Assembly: GCA_045588145.1 (NCBI GenBank)
Contig: JAZNDS010000049.1
Coordinates: forward strand, 1,766 to 65,765
Length of the DNA stretch: 64,000 nucleotides
Reading direction: 5' to 3'
Origin: Eubacteriales bacterium
GTDB taxonomy: Bacteria; Bacillota; Clostridia; Oscillospirales; CAG-272
In this document: piece after piece, positions 1-9,529 of the stretch
Layout: each line of letters begins with the position of its first letter
Numbering within the stretch: the stretch's first letter is position 1
Notes under the pieces: generated by a model
What the model was told of the DNA's origin: nothing
Seen by the model: the letters and a program-made list of their open reading frames with translations, nothing else
The model's database searches: none
Translations under genes and position numbers: made by a program

Positions 1-869
1 AGAACGCCAACCTCTTCCTCTGCCTGCTTTGCGGCCTTGTGACCCTTGCGGTCGTTATGATCTGCTCGGTCTACGGCAAGAAGATGATGAAGATGATCCC
101 CTTCATCATCGGTATCGGTGCCGGCTACGCGCTTGCCGCGATCTTCACGGTTATCGGCAATATTGCCGATGTGCAGGCCCTGCAGATCATCGATTTCTCG
201 AAGTTCGAGTCGATGCAGTGGTACCCCGATTTCACCTTCCTGACTGCCTTCTCGGGCAACTACGACTTCGGTGAAGCCGGTAGCTTCTGGGCCTTCCTCG
301 GCACGGTCGCCGTTGCCTACGTTCCCGTTGCCTTCGTCGTATTCGCGGAGCATATTGCCGACCACAAGAACCTTTCCACGATCATTGAGAAGGATCTTCT
401 GGAGGAGCCCGGCCTTTCCAACACCCTCCTCGGTGACGGTGTCGGCTCGATGGCGGGTGCCCTCTTCGGTGGCTGCCCCAACACCACCTACGGGGAGTCG
501 GTCGGCTGCGTTGCCATCACGGGTAACGCCTCGGTCGCTACCATCACGGTTACTGCTTTCATGGCGATCCTCGCTTCCTTCATTGCTCCGCTTGTTACGC
601 TGCTGGCCACCATTCCCGCTTGCGTTATGGGCGGCGTTTGCGTGGCGCTGTACGGCTTTATCGCGGTCAGCGGTCTGAAGATGATCCAGAACGTCGATCT
701 CGGTGACAACCGCAACCTCTTTACCGTCTCGGTCATTCTGATCGCGGGTGTCGGCGGCTTTGTTATCAACATCGGTGCCGTTACCCTTACCTCGGTCGCT
801 TGCGCGCTGATCCTCGGTATCCTGACAAATATTCTCGTCAACCTGAAGGGCAACAAGACCGAAGAATGA
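1..869 (+). CDS. uracil/xanthine permease (NCS2/UraA family), 5'-truncated by window edge
   Basis: Very hydrophobic ORF, open from position 3; NCS2 signature 'PNTTYGESVG' and 'GGV..ALYGFIAVSGLK'. Confidence 0.85.
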   Translation, partial: NANLFLCLLCGLVTLAVVMICSVYGKKMMKMIPFIIGIGAGYALAAIFTVIGNIADVQALQIIDFSKFESMQWYPDFTFLTAFSGNYDFGEAGSFWAFLGTVAVAYVPVAFVVFAEHIADHKNLSTIIEKDLLEEPGLSNTLLGDGVGSMAGALFGGCPNTTYGESVGCVAITGNASVATITVTAFMAILASFIAPLVTLLATIPACVMGGVCVALYGFIAVSGLKMIQNVDLGDNRNLFTVSVILIAGVGGFVINIGAVTLTSVACALILGILTNILVNLKGNKTEE

Positions 870-875
870 AAAAGC

Positions 876-905
876 AAAAGCGGATGCTTCGGCATCCGCT
901 TTTTT
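876..905 (+). terminator. intrinsic terminator
   Basis: AAAAGCGGATGC-TTCG-GCATCCGCTTTT hairpin followed by a T run. Confidence 0.85.
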
Positions 906-938
906 CTTTTTTCTGTAACAAAAAAAGATTTCTCGCAA

Positions 939-976
939 AAAGAAAAAGGGTTCAAATTCTTGAACCCTTTTTCTTT
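939..976 (-). terminator. intrinsic terminator after ispH-rpsA
   Basis: AAAGAAAAAGGGTTCAA / TTGAACCCTTTTTCTTT perfect inverted repeat. Confidence 0.8.
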
Positions 977-982
977 AAACGA

Positions 983-3058
983 TCAATCGATCGAGCGAAC
1001 GATGTAGGGAGCCATTTCAGCCTCCAGCTCGGCTCTTTCCTTCGCGGCGGCCTCTCTCTCGGCATCACGGGCGGCACGCTCGGCGGCTCTTGCGGCGGCC
1101 TCCTCGGCGCGCTGAGCGTCGTCAAGAATGGCACGCATCGAAAGCGACAGGCGGGAACGCTCGTTATCGATCTCAACGATCTTTACGTCGACCTCCTGGC
1201 CGATCGCAAGAACATCCTGCGGGCGGGCGATCTTTTCCTGCGAGATGCGGGAGATGTGGATCAGGCCGTCCACCCCGTCAACGACCTCAGCAAAGGCACC
1301 GAAGGGCATCATGCTGACGATCTTGGCCTTTACGATATCGCCGACCTTATATTCGGTCACGAACTTGGTCCAGGGGTTGGATTCCGCGGTCTTGTAGCCA
1401 AGCGAGATACGCTTCTTTTCTACGTCGAGATCCTTGATGTAGACCTCCAGCTTGTCACCCACGGCAACGACTTCCTTGGGGCTCTTGATGTGCTTCCAGG
1501 AAAGCTCGGTGTTATGTACCATACCGTCGATGCCGCCGATGTCCACGAAGGCACCGTACGAGGTCAGGTTCTTGACCGTACCGATATAATGCTTGCCGAC
1601 CTCAAGGGTAGCCCAGATGGCGGCTTCTCTTTCCTTTTCTTCCTCGATCTGTACGCTGCGGATCGAAGCGACGGCGCGCTTTTTATGCTCGTCGATCTCG
1701 ATGATGCGGGCACGCTGGGTGGTGCCGAGCAGGGAAGAGAGATCGCCGTCCTTCGCGACGCCCGTGCGGGATGCGGGAACGAATACCTTGTTACCCATGT
1801 ATTCGATCACAACGCCGCCCTTGTTGGTCTCGGTGACAGGGCCCTCGATCACGCCGCCCTCGTCCTTCATGGCGACAAGATCGTACCAATTCTTGTCACG
1901 GTCCACTCTCTTCTTGGAGAGGGTGATGATGCCTTCGCCGTCGTTCACACGGATAACGAAGAGCTTCAGCTCGTCGCCGATCTTGAACATCTTGGCAAGG
2001 TCCGCCTCGGTGTCGTCGGTGATCTGATCACGCTTGACGATACCGGTGCCCTTGACGCCGACGTCAACGTAAACCGCATCTTTGGCGATGCTCGTTACGA
2101 TACCGGTCACTGTTTCTCCTGTATTTAAAGTTTTGAGTGCTCCTTCCAGCATTTCGGCGAAATTTTCGCTTCTGATTTCGTCCATTTCTTTGTATACCTC
2201 CATTATTAAACCGTCAGGGGTGGAAGCACCTGCGGTGATTGCTACGGTAGCATCGGGGGAAAAATCCTTTTTCAGCTCCTTTGCCGATTCGATGAACTGC
2301 GTATTCGCGCAGATCGAAGCGCACAGCTCGTAAAGCTTACGGGAATTGGAGCTGGTCTTTCCGCCGATGACGATGACCGCGTCGGCCTTCTCGGCCAAGG
2401 CAAGCGCTTCGGCTTGCCGTTCCTCGGTCACATTACATATTGTATCAAATATTTTCGGATTTGTATATAGTTTTTCGAGATTTTTTTTCGATTTTTCGAA
2501 CTCTTTTTTGCTTTCGGTGGTCTGTGCCGCCATACAAAAGGGGGTATCGGGCGAAAAATTTGCGCAAAGCGAGAATAAATCGTCCGCGTGTCGGAAAACG
2601 ACGGTACGCCCGGGGGCTCGGTCAAGCGTTCCCTCTATCTCGGGATGACCCTTCTGCCCGAAAAGCAGAAAGACCCCGTTTTCCCCGACCTCGCTTTCGG
2701 CAAGGCGGTGGATCTTCTTAACGAAGGGACAGGTAAGGTCGATCACGGAAAAATGGGGGTGTGCGTGGGTAAGGGCCCGCATCGCCTCCTCGGTCCTTTT
2801 GGATACGCCGTGGGTACGAAGCAGGAGAAAGGTCTTGCCCGCTTCATCGCTTTCGGCGGCGACCCTTGCGGCCTCCTCCTCCCCGATCGCGAAAACACCG
2901 CGCTCCTTCAGCTCGGCAAGGTAAAGGGGATTGTGGATCAGCTCACCCAGGGTGAAGATACGGCAGGGCGCCTCGTCCCTTAAAAGGCTTTCGATTCTTT
3001 CGGTGGCCCGCTTTACCCCAAAGCAAAAGCCGGCCGATTTTGCAAGAAGAAGCTTCAT
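983..3058 (-). CDS. ispH: bifunctional IspH (HMBPP reductase) / ribosomal protein S1 fusion
   Basis: N-terminal 'AGFCFGVKRA', 'DLTCPFV', 'DTICNVT', 'ITAGASTP'; C-terminal half has four S1 repeats ('YGAFVDIGGIDG', 'FGAFAEVVDGVDGLIHIS'). Confidence 0.95.
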   Translation of the reverse strand: MKLLLAKSAGFCFGVKRATERIESLLRDEAPCRIFTLGELIHNPLYLAELKERGVFAIGEEEAARVAAESDEAGKTFLLLRTHGVSKRTEEAMRALTHAHPHFSVIDLTCPFVKKIHRLAESEVGENGVFLLFGQKGHPEIEGTLDRAPGRTVVFRHADDLFSLCANFSPDTPFCMAAQTTESKKEFEKSKKNLEKLYTNPKIFDTICNVTEERQAEALALAEKADAVIVIGGKTSSNSRKLYELCASICANTQFIESAKELKKDFSPDATVAITAGASTPDGLIMEVYKEMDEIRSENFAEMLEGALKTLNTGETVTGIVTSIAKDAVYVDVGVKGTGIVKRDQITDDTEADLAKMFKIGDELKLFVIRVNDGEGIITLSKKRVDRDKNWYDLVAMKDEGGVIEGPVTETNKGGVVIEYMGNKVFVPASRTGVAKDGDLSSLLGTTQRARIIEIDEHKKRAVASIRSVQIEEEKEREAAIWATLEVGKHYIGTVKNLTSYGAFVDIGGIDGMVHNTELSWKHIKSPKEVVAVGDKLEVYIKDLDVEKKRISLGYKTAESNPWTKFVTEYKVGDIVKAKIVSMMPFGAFAEVVDGVDGLIHISRISQEKIARPQDVLAIGQEVDVKIVEIDNERSRLSLSMRAILDDAQRAEEAAARAAERAARDAEREAAAKERAELEAEMAPYIVRSID

Positions 3059-3708
3059 GCTTTTTTGCCTCCCTCGGCTTCGGGCAGAAAGCCCCCAAGG
3101 CGGCAGGCCTCCAAAAAGACCTGCTCGGTCGCCTCCATATAGCTGCGGCTGCGGTCGGCAAGGCCCAGCTCCTCAAGCGAAAGGGGCCTTCCGATGTACA
3201 CATCGACCGGGCGGAACAGACGGTAGCGCTGATTTTTCATGGCAATGCAAACGGGAAGGATCGGCAAGCCCGCGCGGGAAGCGATCAGGGCCGCCCCCGA
3301 TTTGATCGGTGTTTGCGCGGGGTTCCTCCCCTTTTGGCGGGTCCCCTGCGGGAAAACGGTTAAAAAGCCGCCTCCCTTGGCGACCGTGACGGCCGTGTCG
3401 ATGGCACGCACGTCCCGCCCCCCGCGATCGAGGGGGATCGCCCCCATCGCGCGCAGAAGCCGCCCAAGAAGCGGAATGCGAAACAGCTCCTTTTTCGCAA
3501 GGTACTTCGGCATACGGTCACGCGGGAAGGTGGCGGAAAGCACGAATACGTCGTAAAGCTGAATATGATTGGCGCAGACGATGCAGCCCGTATCCTTCGG
3601 GATGTTTTCCTCCCCGTGCACGCGAAGCCGCGTCAAGAAGCGGACAGGCCCCCGCAGAACAATATGCCAGAAGCGCTCAAAGCTTGTGGTTTTCCCCGTA
3701 TCACGCAT
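3055..3708 (-). CDS. plsC: 1-acyl-sn-glycerol-3-phosphate acyltransferase
   Basis: NH-x4-D ('ANHIQLYD') and 'FPQGTR' motifs; cmk-plsC-ispH synteny. Confidence 0.9.
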   Translation of the reverse strand: MRDTGKTTSFERFWHIVLRGPVRFLTRLRVHGEENIPKDTGCIVCANHIQLYDVFVLSATFPRDRMPKYLAKKELFRIPLLGRLLRAMGAIPLDRGGRDVRAIDTAVTVAKGGGFLTVFPQGTRQKGRNPAQTPIKSGAALIASRAGLPILPVCIAMKNQRYRLFRPVDVYIGRPLSLEELGLADRSRSYMEATEQVFLEACRLGGFLPEAEGGKKA

Positions 3709-4373
3709 CAGAGCTTTCCCTTTTCTTCAATGATCGCAAGCGCCCTTTCGATCGTTTCCTCCACCGTAAGAGCGGAGTTATCGAGGAAAACGGCGTCCTC
3801 AGCGGGGACCGCGGGGGCGATCTTACGGGTCGAATCGTTCTTATCGCGCGTGATCATATCCGCCAGCACCTCCTCAAAGGTACAGGCGACCCCCTTTGCC
3901 AAAAGCTCCTCGGTGCGGCGGCGGGCCCTTGCCTCGGAGGAGGCGGTCAGAAAGATCTTGACCTCGGCATCGGGCAGAATGACCGTGCCGATATCCCGCC
4001 CGTCCATGACCACCGAATTCTTCTCGGCGATCGAGCGTTGCGTGTTCAGAAGGAAAGCACGGACAGAAGGAAGGGCGGATACCGCCGAAGCGTACATCGA
4101 CATCTCGGGGGTGCGGATCTTATCCCCCACGTCCTCGCCGCAAAGCAGGATGTGCTGCTCTCCGTTTTGGAAGAGAAGCGAAAGAGAAACGTCGGAAAGA
4201 ACAGCGCTGACCGCCGCCTCGTCGTGCGGATCGATCCCGTGATCTTTCATATAAAGGCCGATGCTGCGATAAAGCGCCCCCGTATCCACGTAAATGATCG
4301 AAAGCCGCTTGGCAATGGCCTTGGCAAGGCTGCTTTTTCCGGCACCGCTCGGTCCGTCAATCGCGATTTTCAT
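3708..4373 (-). CDS. cmk: (d)CMP kinase
   Basis: 'IAIDGPSGAGKS', 'DTGALYR', 'VMDGRDIGTV'; ATG at 4373. Confidence 0.95.
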   Translation of the reverse strand: MKIAIDGPSGAGKSSLAKAIAKRLSIIYVDTGALYRSIGLYMKDHGIDPHDEAAVSAVLSDVSLSLLFQNGEQHILLCGEDVGDKIRTPEMSMYASAVSALPSVRAFLLNTQRSIAEKNSVVMDGRDIGTVILPDAEVKIFLTASSEARARRRTEELLAKGVACTFEEVLADMITRDKNDSTRKIAPAVPAEDAVFLDNSALTVEETIERALAIIEEKGKL

Positions 4374-5631
4374 AAGTAACGTCCTTTCTTTTTTTCGAAA
4401 TAGCGCGCGCCGCCGCCACGGCGGTCGCGAAGGCGATCTGCAGATTGTAGCCGCCCGTATAGGCGTCAACGTCTAACATTTCGCCCGCGAAATACAGATT
4501 TTCAACAAGGCGGGACTGCATGCTCTTCGGCTCTACCTCCTTGGTATCGACCCCACCCGAGGTGACGATCGCCTCCTCCAAGGGGCGGAAGGCGGAAAGC
4601 GGGAAGGAAAAGCCCTTTAAGAAGCGAAGCAAGCGCCGCCGCTCCTCCTTCGTGATCGCGTTTCCCGTTTTGCTTGGTAAAATTTCGGTTCGGTCAAGGC
4701 AAACGGGGATCATAAGAGAGGGCAAAAGGCCGCCTAAAATATTGGAGATCGCGCGGTTCGGCTGCTTCGAAAGATCCGAAAGCAGGCGCTGATCTAGCGT
4801 TTTTTCATCCAGGGCGGGCTTTAAGTCGATAAGCGCTGTCACCTCGCTTATATCGACCCCCCGCAAATGGGCCGAGGCCGAAAGGACCATCGGGCCGCTG
4901 ATGCCGAAATGGGTGAAAAGCATTTCCCCGAAGTCGCGGTACAGCGTGCGCCTTTCTTTATCGAGAAGAGTAAGCGAAACGTTTTTTAAGGAAAGTCCCT
5001 GCATGCTTTTGCAAACGGGATCGGGGCTTTCAAGGGGAACCAACGAAGGGATAAGCGGCGTTACCGTGTGGGAAAGCGCGCTTGCCATACGGAAGCCCTC
5101 GCCGTCCGAGCCTGTTTTGGTATAAGAGGCCCCGCCCGTCGCCAGTAAAACGGCACCGCCTCGGTATGGGCGCCCGTCCGCCGTTACGCCGACGGCACGT
5201 CCCCCTTCGGTCAGGATCCCATCAACGCGCGCGTGAACGATCCGTGCGCCCCTTGCGTAGCGGCAAAGCGCGTCCACCACGTCAAGCGCGCGGTCGGAAA
5301 CCGGGAAAACACGCCGTCCCCGCTCGGTCTTCAGGGGAACGCCGAGCCGCTCAAAAAGCGCCATGCAGTCAGCGGGGGTAAAGGAGTAGATCGCCGAATA
5401 AAGAAAACGGGGATTTTTGGTGACGTTCTGCAAAAAATCGGCAGGGGAGCAGTCATTCGTAAGGTTACAGCGCCCCTTTCCCGTGATCGCGAGCTTGCGC
5501 CCCATACGCTCGTTCCCTTCAAAAACGGTGACCGAAAGTCCCTCTTCAAGGGCCCTTCCCGCCGCCATCAGGCCGGCGGCACCGCCGCCCACGATCAGAA
5601 GGTCAGGGCTTGGTGTAGACATCGTATTCAT
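4357..5631 (-). CDS. HI0933/YhiN-family flavoprotein (NAD(P)/FAD oxidoreductase)
   Basis: 'IVGGGAAGL', 'GKGRCNLTN', 'TGGYNLQIAF'; start could be 5631 or 5622. Confidence 0.9.
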   Translation of the reverse strand: MNTMSTPSPDLLIVGGGAAGLMAAGRALEEGLSVTVFEGNERMGRKLAITGKGRCNLTNDCSPADFLQNVTKNPRFLYSAIYSFTPADCMALFERLGVPLKTERGRRVFPVSDRALDVVDALCRYARGARIVHARVDGILTEGGRAVGVTADGRPYRGGAVLLATGGASYTKTGSDGEGFRMASALSHTVTPLIPSLVPLESPDPVCKSMQGLSLKNVSLTLLDKERRTLYRDFGEMLFTHFGISGPMVLSASAHLRGVDISEVTALIDLKPALDEKTLDQRLLSDLSKQPNRAISNILGGLLPSLMIPVCLDRTEILPSKTGNAITKEERRRLLRFLKGFSFPLSAFRPLEEAIVTSGGVDTKEVEPKSMQSRLVENLYFAGEMLDVDAYTGGYNLQIAFATAVAAARAISKKRKDVTYENRD

Positions 5632-6457
5632 CCCAAAGGGCCTCCAGCCGATCAAAGCGCTCCTTGATGCGCTCCTCGCTTCGGTTAGCGATCTCGGCCA
5701 AAAGGGCGTTGATGATGCTTAAGGGGGCCACCAGCGAATCGGCAAACGAGGCCATATCGCTTTCCGCGGTCAGAAGACAGGAGGCCTCGGCCGCGATGGG
5801 GGCGGTGGCGGAATCGGTCAGGGCGATGACAAAGGCCCCGCGGGAGGAGGCGTATTGCACCGCCTTGATGAGCTTGGAGGAATAGCGGGGAAAGCTGATG
5901 GCGAAAAGCACGTCGCGCTCGCCGATCGGCAGGATCTGCTCAAACACCTCGCTGACGCTGCTGGGCTGCAGAATGCGCACACGGTCAAAAACAAGGTTGA
6001 GATTCAGCTGTAAAAAGCAGGCAAGCGCGGCGGCGCTTCGGGCGCCGTATACGTAAATGGTATCGGCCTTGATGAGACGGTCGACCGCCTCCGAAAAGGC
6101 GGCGCGGTCAAGCTTCTCCATCGTCGATTTGATCTTTTCGACGTCCTGCGTCATGACCTTGGTGACAAGATCCCCGCCCCCGACGCGAAGCTTGGTCGCC
6201 TCAATGCGTTGGCTGGGGGTCAGATGAGAGCGGAGCATGCTCTGAATGGCCTGCTGAAGCTGGGGGTAGCCCGAAAAGCCGAGCTCTACCGCAAAGCGGA
6301 CGACGGTCGATTCGGAGACCCCCGAAAGCTCGCCAAGCTTGGCGGCGGTCAGATACGCCGCGCGCTCGTAGCTCTCGGTGATGATATCGGCAAGGCGCCG
6401 CTGCCCCTTGGAAAAGGCGGCGTAGCGGGCCTTGATCCGTTCGGATACATCCTGCAT
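5603..6457 (-). CDS. MurR/RpiR family transcriptional regulator
   Basis: HTH 'VSESTVVRFA..LGFSGY' plus SIS domain; RBS GGAG before ATG 6457. Confidence 0.9.
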   Translation of the reverse strand: MQDVSERIKARYAAFSKGQRRLADIITESYERAAYLTAAKLGELSGVSESTVVRFAVELGFSGYPQLQQAIQSMLRSHLTPSQRIEATKLRVGGGDLVTKVMTQDVEKIKSTMEKLDRAAFSEAVDRLIKADTIYVYGARSAAALACFLQLNLNLVFDRVRILQPSSVSEVFEQILPIGERDVLFAISFPRYSSKLIKAVQYASSRGAFVIALTDSATAPIAAEASCLLTAESDMASFADSLVAPLSIINALLAEIANRSEERIKERFDRLEALWDEYDVYTKP

Positions 6458-6491
6458 GACGTATCTCCTTTTTCGTACTTCTTTTGTGCTT

Positions 6492-7958
6492 TTATTCAAA
6501 AAGCTTGCGGGCAAGAGAAAGCCTTGCAAGGCTTTCTTCCTTCCCGAGAACCTCCATGATCTCGGTCGCCCCGCCGGGGGTGACGGCCTGTCCCGAAAGG
6601 GCAATACGGATGCACCAGAAAAGCGTGCCCGCCTTCAGCCCCGCCGCCTCGGCCGCCGCCGCGAGGGCGGCAAAGAGCGAATCGTTCGTAAAGTCGTCGA
6701 CCGCCCGTACGGCCTCCTCGCTAAGGGCGAGGACTGAGGGCGCGTTCTCCAGGGTCACCTTGTTCTTCTTGTTGACAAAAAGCTCCTTTTCATAAGCGGG
6801 AAGTGCCAGGAAGAAGGCCATCATCTCCCCGATCTCGGAAAGCTTGTGAAGCCGCCCTGCCAAAAGGGCGAGCAGCTTTTCCTTTTGAATGTTCGCGGGA
6901 AGAGAGGTGGGCAGGTAGGGGGCTACCTTTTCGCAAAAGACGTTAAAGGGAAGCTTGCGGATATATTCGCCGTTGAACCACAAAAGCTTTTCGTAATCAA
7001 AGACCGAGGGGGATTTGCTGACGGCGTCGATCGTGAAAAGCCCCTCTAAATCACGAAGCGTGAAGAACTCGGACTCGGATTCCTTCGGGCACCAGCCGAG
7101 CAGGGCAATGTAATTCAAGATCGCCTCGGGCAGATAGCCGTCCTTGACCAGATCCTGGAAGCTGACGGCGCCGTGGCGCTTCGAAAGCTTCGAGACGCTG
7201 CCGTCGGCATTGCGCCCCATCAGAAGCGGCAGATGCACGTAATGCGGCCTTTTCCAGCCGAAGGCGTCGTAAAGCAGGACGTATTTCGGGGTCGAGGTAA
7301 GATACTCGCTTCCACGCACGACGTGGGTGACTCCCATCAGGTGGTCGTCCACGATATGGGCAAAGTTGTAGGTGGGGTATCCGTCTGCCTTCATAAGGAT
7401 CTGGTCCTGCAGCTCACGGTTGTCGGTCGAGATCTCGCCGAAGACCTCGTCAAAATACGAGGTCGTGCCCTCAAGCGGCATCCTCTGGCGGATGACGTAC
7501 GGGATCCCCTTTTCAAGGTTCGCCTTTATCTCCTCGGGCGAAAGGTCACGGCAGTGGCGGTCATAGCCACCCGTCGCGTCCTCCTCGTGCAGGGCTTCAA
7601 GCCGCTCCTTGGTGCAGAAGCAGTAATAGGCGTATCCCTTTTCCACAAGAATATCGGCGTATTTTTTGTAGATCTCCTTCCGCTCACTCTGCACGTAGGG
7701 GCCGTGGTCTCCCCCAACGATCGGGCCCTCGTCATAGGAAAGGCCGGTGTCGGCGAGCGTCTTTAATATCACGTCGGTCGCCCCCTCGACAAGGCGCTCA
7801 CGGTCGGTGTCCTCAATGCGGACGATGAATTTACCGCCGCTGTGGCGGGCGATAAGGTAGGAATACAGGGCGGTACGAAGGTTCCCGATATGCATATAGC
7901 CCGTGGGGCTGGGCGCAAAACGGGTAACGAAAGAAGCGTTGTTACTCAAAATAGCCAT
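6492..7958 (-). CDS. gltX: glutamate--tRNA ligase
   Basis: 'TRFAPSPTG', HIGN and 'KLSKR' class I motifs. Confidence 0.95.
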   Translation of the reverse strand: MAILSNNASFVTRFAPSPTGYMHIGNLRTALYSYLIARHSGGKFIVRIEDTDRERLVEGATDVILKTLADTGLSYDEGPIVGGDHGPYVQSERKEIYKKYADILVEKGYAYYCFCTKERLEALHEEDATGGYDRHCRDLSPEEIKANLEKGIPYVIRQRMPLEGTTSYFDEVFGEISTDNRELQDQILMKADGYPTYNFAHIVDDHLMGVTHVVRGSEYLTSTPKYVLLYDAFGWKRPHYVHLPLLMGRNADGSVSKLSKRHGAVSFQDLVKDGYLPEAILNYIALLGWCPKESESEFFTLRDLEGLFTIDAVSKSPSVFDYEKLLWFNGEYIRKLPFNVFCEKVAPYLPTSLPANIQKEKLLALLAGRLHKLSEIGEMMAFFLALPAYEKELFVNKKNKVTLENAPSVLALSEEAVRAVDDFTNDSLFAALAAAAEAAGLKAGTLFWCIRIALSGQAVTPGGATEIMEVLGKEESLARLSLARKLFE

Positions 7959-8064
7959 CCTTTCACTCCGTAAAGGAAAGTTCCTTCGCGGAATTGACAT
8001 TTAAAATTTAATCATATATAATAATAACATAGAATGTTTAAAAATGCAAGGCGGATAAGGAAAA

Positions 8065-9528
8065 ATGTTCAAGAGCATATTTGCGAAGCTTTTATTCACG
8101 ATCACGGTCGTTTTAAGCGTCAGCTTTCTGATGCTGGCCGCGATCCTTTCCAATTTCGCCAACAGCTACGAGCTGGATAAGCAGGAGGAGGAGGTAAGGC
8201 GTACCGCCACCGCCGCCCGCGCGATCCTGGAGGATTCCTTCGCGGATGCGGGGGAGGGAGACGTGACCGCCCTTTTGGAAGCGGAGGCGGCGCGTTACAG
8301 CAGCTTTTTGCGGATGTTCCTCTCCAACACCGACAATACGGTCCTTCTCGTCAGCGACGGGGAAGGAAGGATCCTGCTTTCCGCCGACGGGACCGCAGAG
8401 CCCCCCGCCCTTTTGGGGCAGACGGTCGATGAATCGATCCTCGGTGAGGTGAGTGGCTCGGGCGGGGAATACCGCTCTCTTTCCGAAAGCGTGCTTGCGG
8501 GGGGCGAGGAGGGGATCCTTTGTGCCTTTTCCCTGCGTGGGGAAGGCGACGATACGCTTGGGTATCTCTTCGTTTATTCGACCGCGGGAAGCTGGGGGGC
8601 GCTCACCCGCCTTCTGACCCGAACTGTCCTTTTGACCAGTCTTTGGATCGCCCTTGGCGCCCTGATCGTTCTCTATCTTTTCTGTGAGCGCCTGTCCGAG
8701 CCGATCAAGGAGATGCGGACGGTCAGCGCCCGCTTCGCGAAGGGCGAATTCGATAAGCGGGTAAGGGTCGAGGGAAACGACGAGATCGCCGCGCTCGGAA
8801 GGTCCTTTAACGAAATGGCCGATTCGCTGGAGCAGCTGGAGAATATGCGCAACAGCTTCGTTGCCAACGTCTCGCACGATCTGCGCACCCCGATGACCAC
8901 CATCCTCGGCTTTATCGAGGGGATCACCGACGGGGTCATCCCCCCCGATAAGCATAGCTATTACCTGGGGATCGTTTCGGAGGAGGTCCGCCGCCTTTCC
9001 CGCCTCGTTACCCAGCTGCTTGACCTTTCGCGTATCCAATCGGGCACGCGCAAATTCAATTTCACCCGCTTCGATCTTTGCGAGATGGCGCGCCTTGTGC
9101 TGATCTCCTGCGAGCAGCGGATCGATAAAAAGCGGCTGGAGGTGGAGTTTTTTGCCGAGAAGGACAACCTTTGGGTCACGGGGGACAAGGATTCGATCCA
9201 TCAGGTGCTGTACAATCTTTGCGATAATGCCATCAAATTCGCAAAAGAGGGCGGCCTTTTCTCGCTGAAGATCGAGCGCATGGGGAAGAAAAAGCTTTCG
9301 GTCACGGTATTCAACGAGGGAGAGGGCATTCCCGAAGGCGAGCTTCCCTTCGTCTTTGACCGTTTTTATAAAACCGATAAGAGCCGCGGCCGCGATAAGG
9401 GCGGCGCGGGGCTTGGCCTTTATATCGCCAAGACGATTATGGAAGCGCATAAGGAGACGCTTTCGCTGCAAAGCGAGGAAGGGAAGTTCTGCTCCTTCAC
9501 CTTTACCCTTCCGCTTGCGGAGGAATAA
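8065..9528 (+). CDS. membrane sensor histidine kinase (HAMP-HisKA-HATPase)
   Basis: Two TM segments, HAMP, 'VSHDLRTP', 'NLCDNAIKF', 'GAGLGLYIAK'. Confidence 0.92.
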   Translation: MFKSIFAKLLFTITVVLSVSFLMLAAILSNFANSYELDKQEEEVRRTATAARAILEDSFADAGEGDVTALLEAEAARYSSFLRMFLSNTDNTVLLVSDGEGRILLSADGTAEPPALLGQTVDESILGEVSGSGGEYRSLSESVLAGGEEGILCAFSLRGEGDDTLGYLFVYSTAGSWGALTRLLTRTVLLTSLWIALGALIVLYLFCERLSEPIKEMRTVSARFAKGEFDKRVRVEGNDEIAALGRSFNEMADSLEQLENMRNSFVANVSHDLRTPMTTILGFIEGITDGVIPPDKHSYYLGIVSEEVRRLSRLVTQLLDLSRIQSGTRKFNFTRFDLCEMARLVLISCEQRIDKKRLEVEFFAEKDNLWVTGDKDSIHQVLYNLCDNAIKFAKEGGLFSLKIERMGKKKLSVTVFNEGEGIPEGELPFVFDRFYKTDKSRGRDKGGAGLGLYIAKTIMEAHKETLSLQSEEGKFCSFTFTLPLAEE

Positions 9529-9529
9529 G

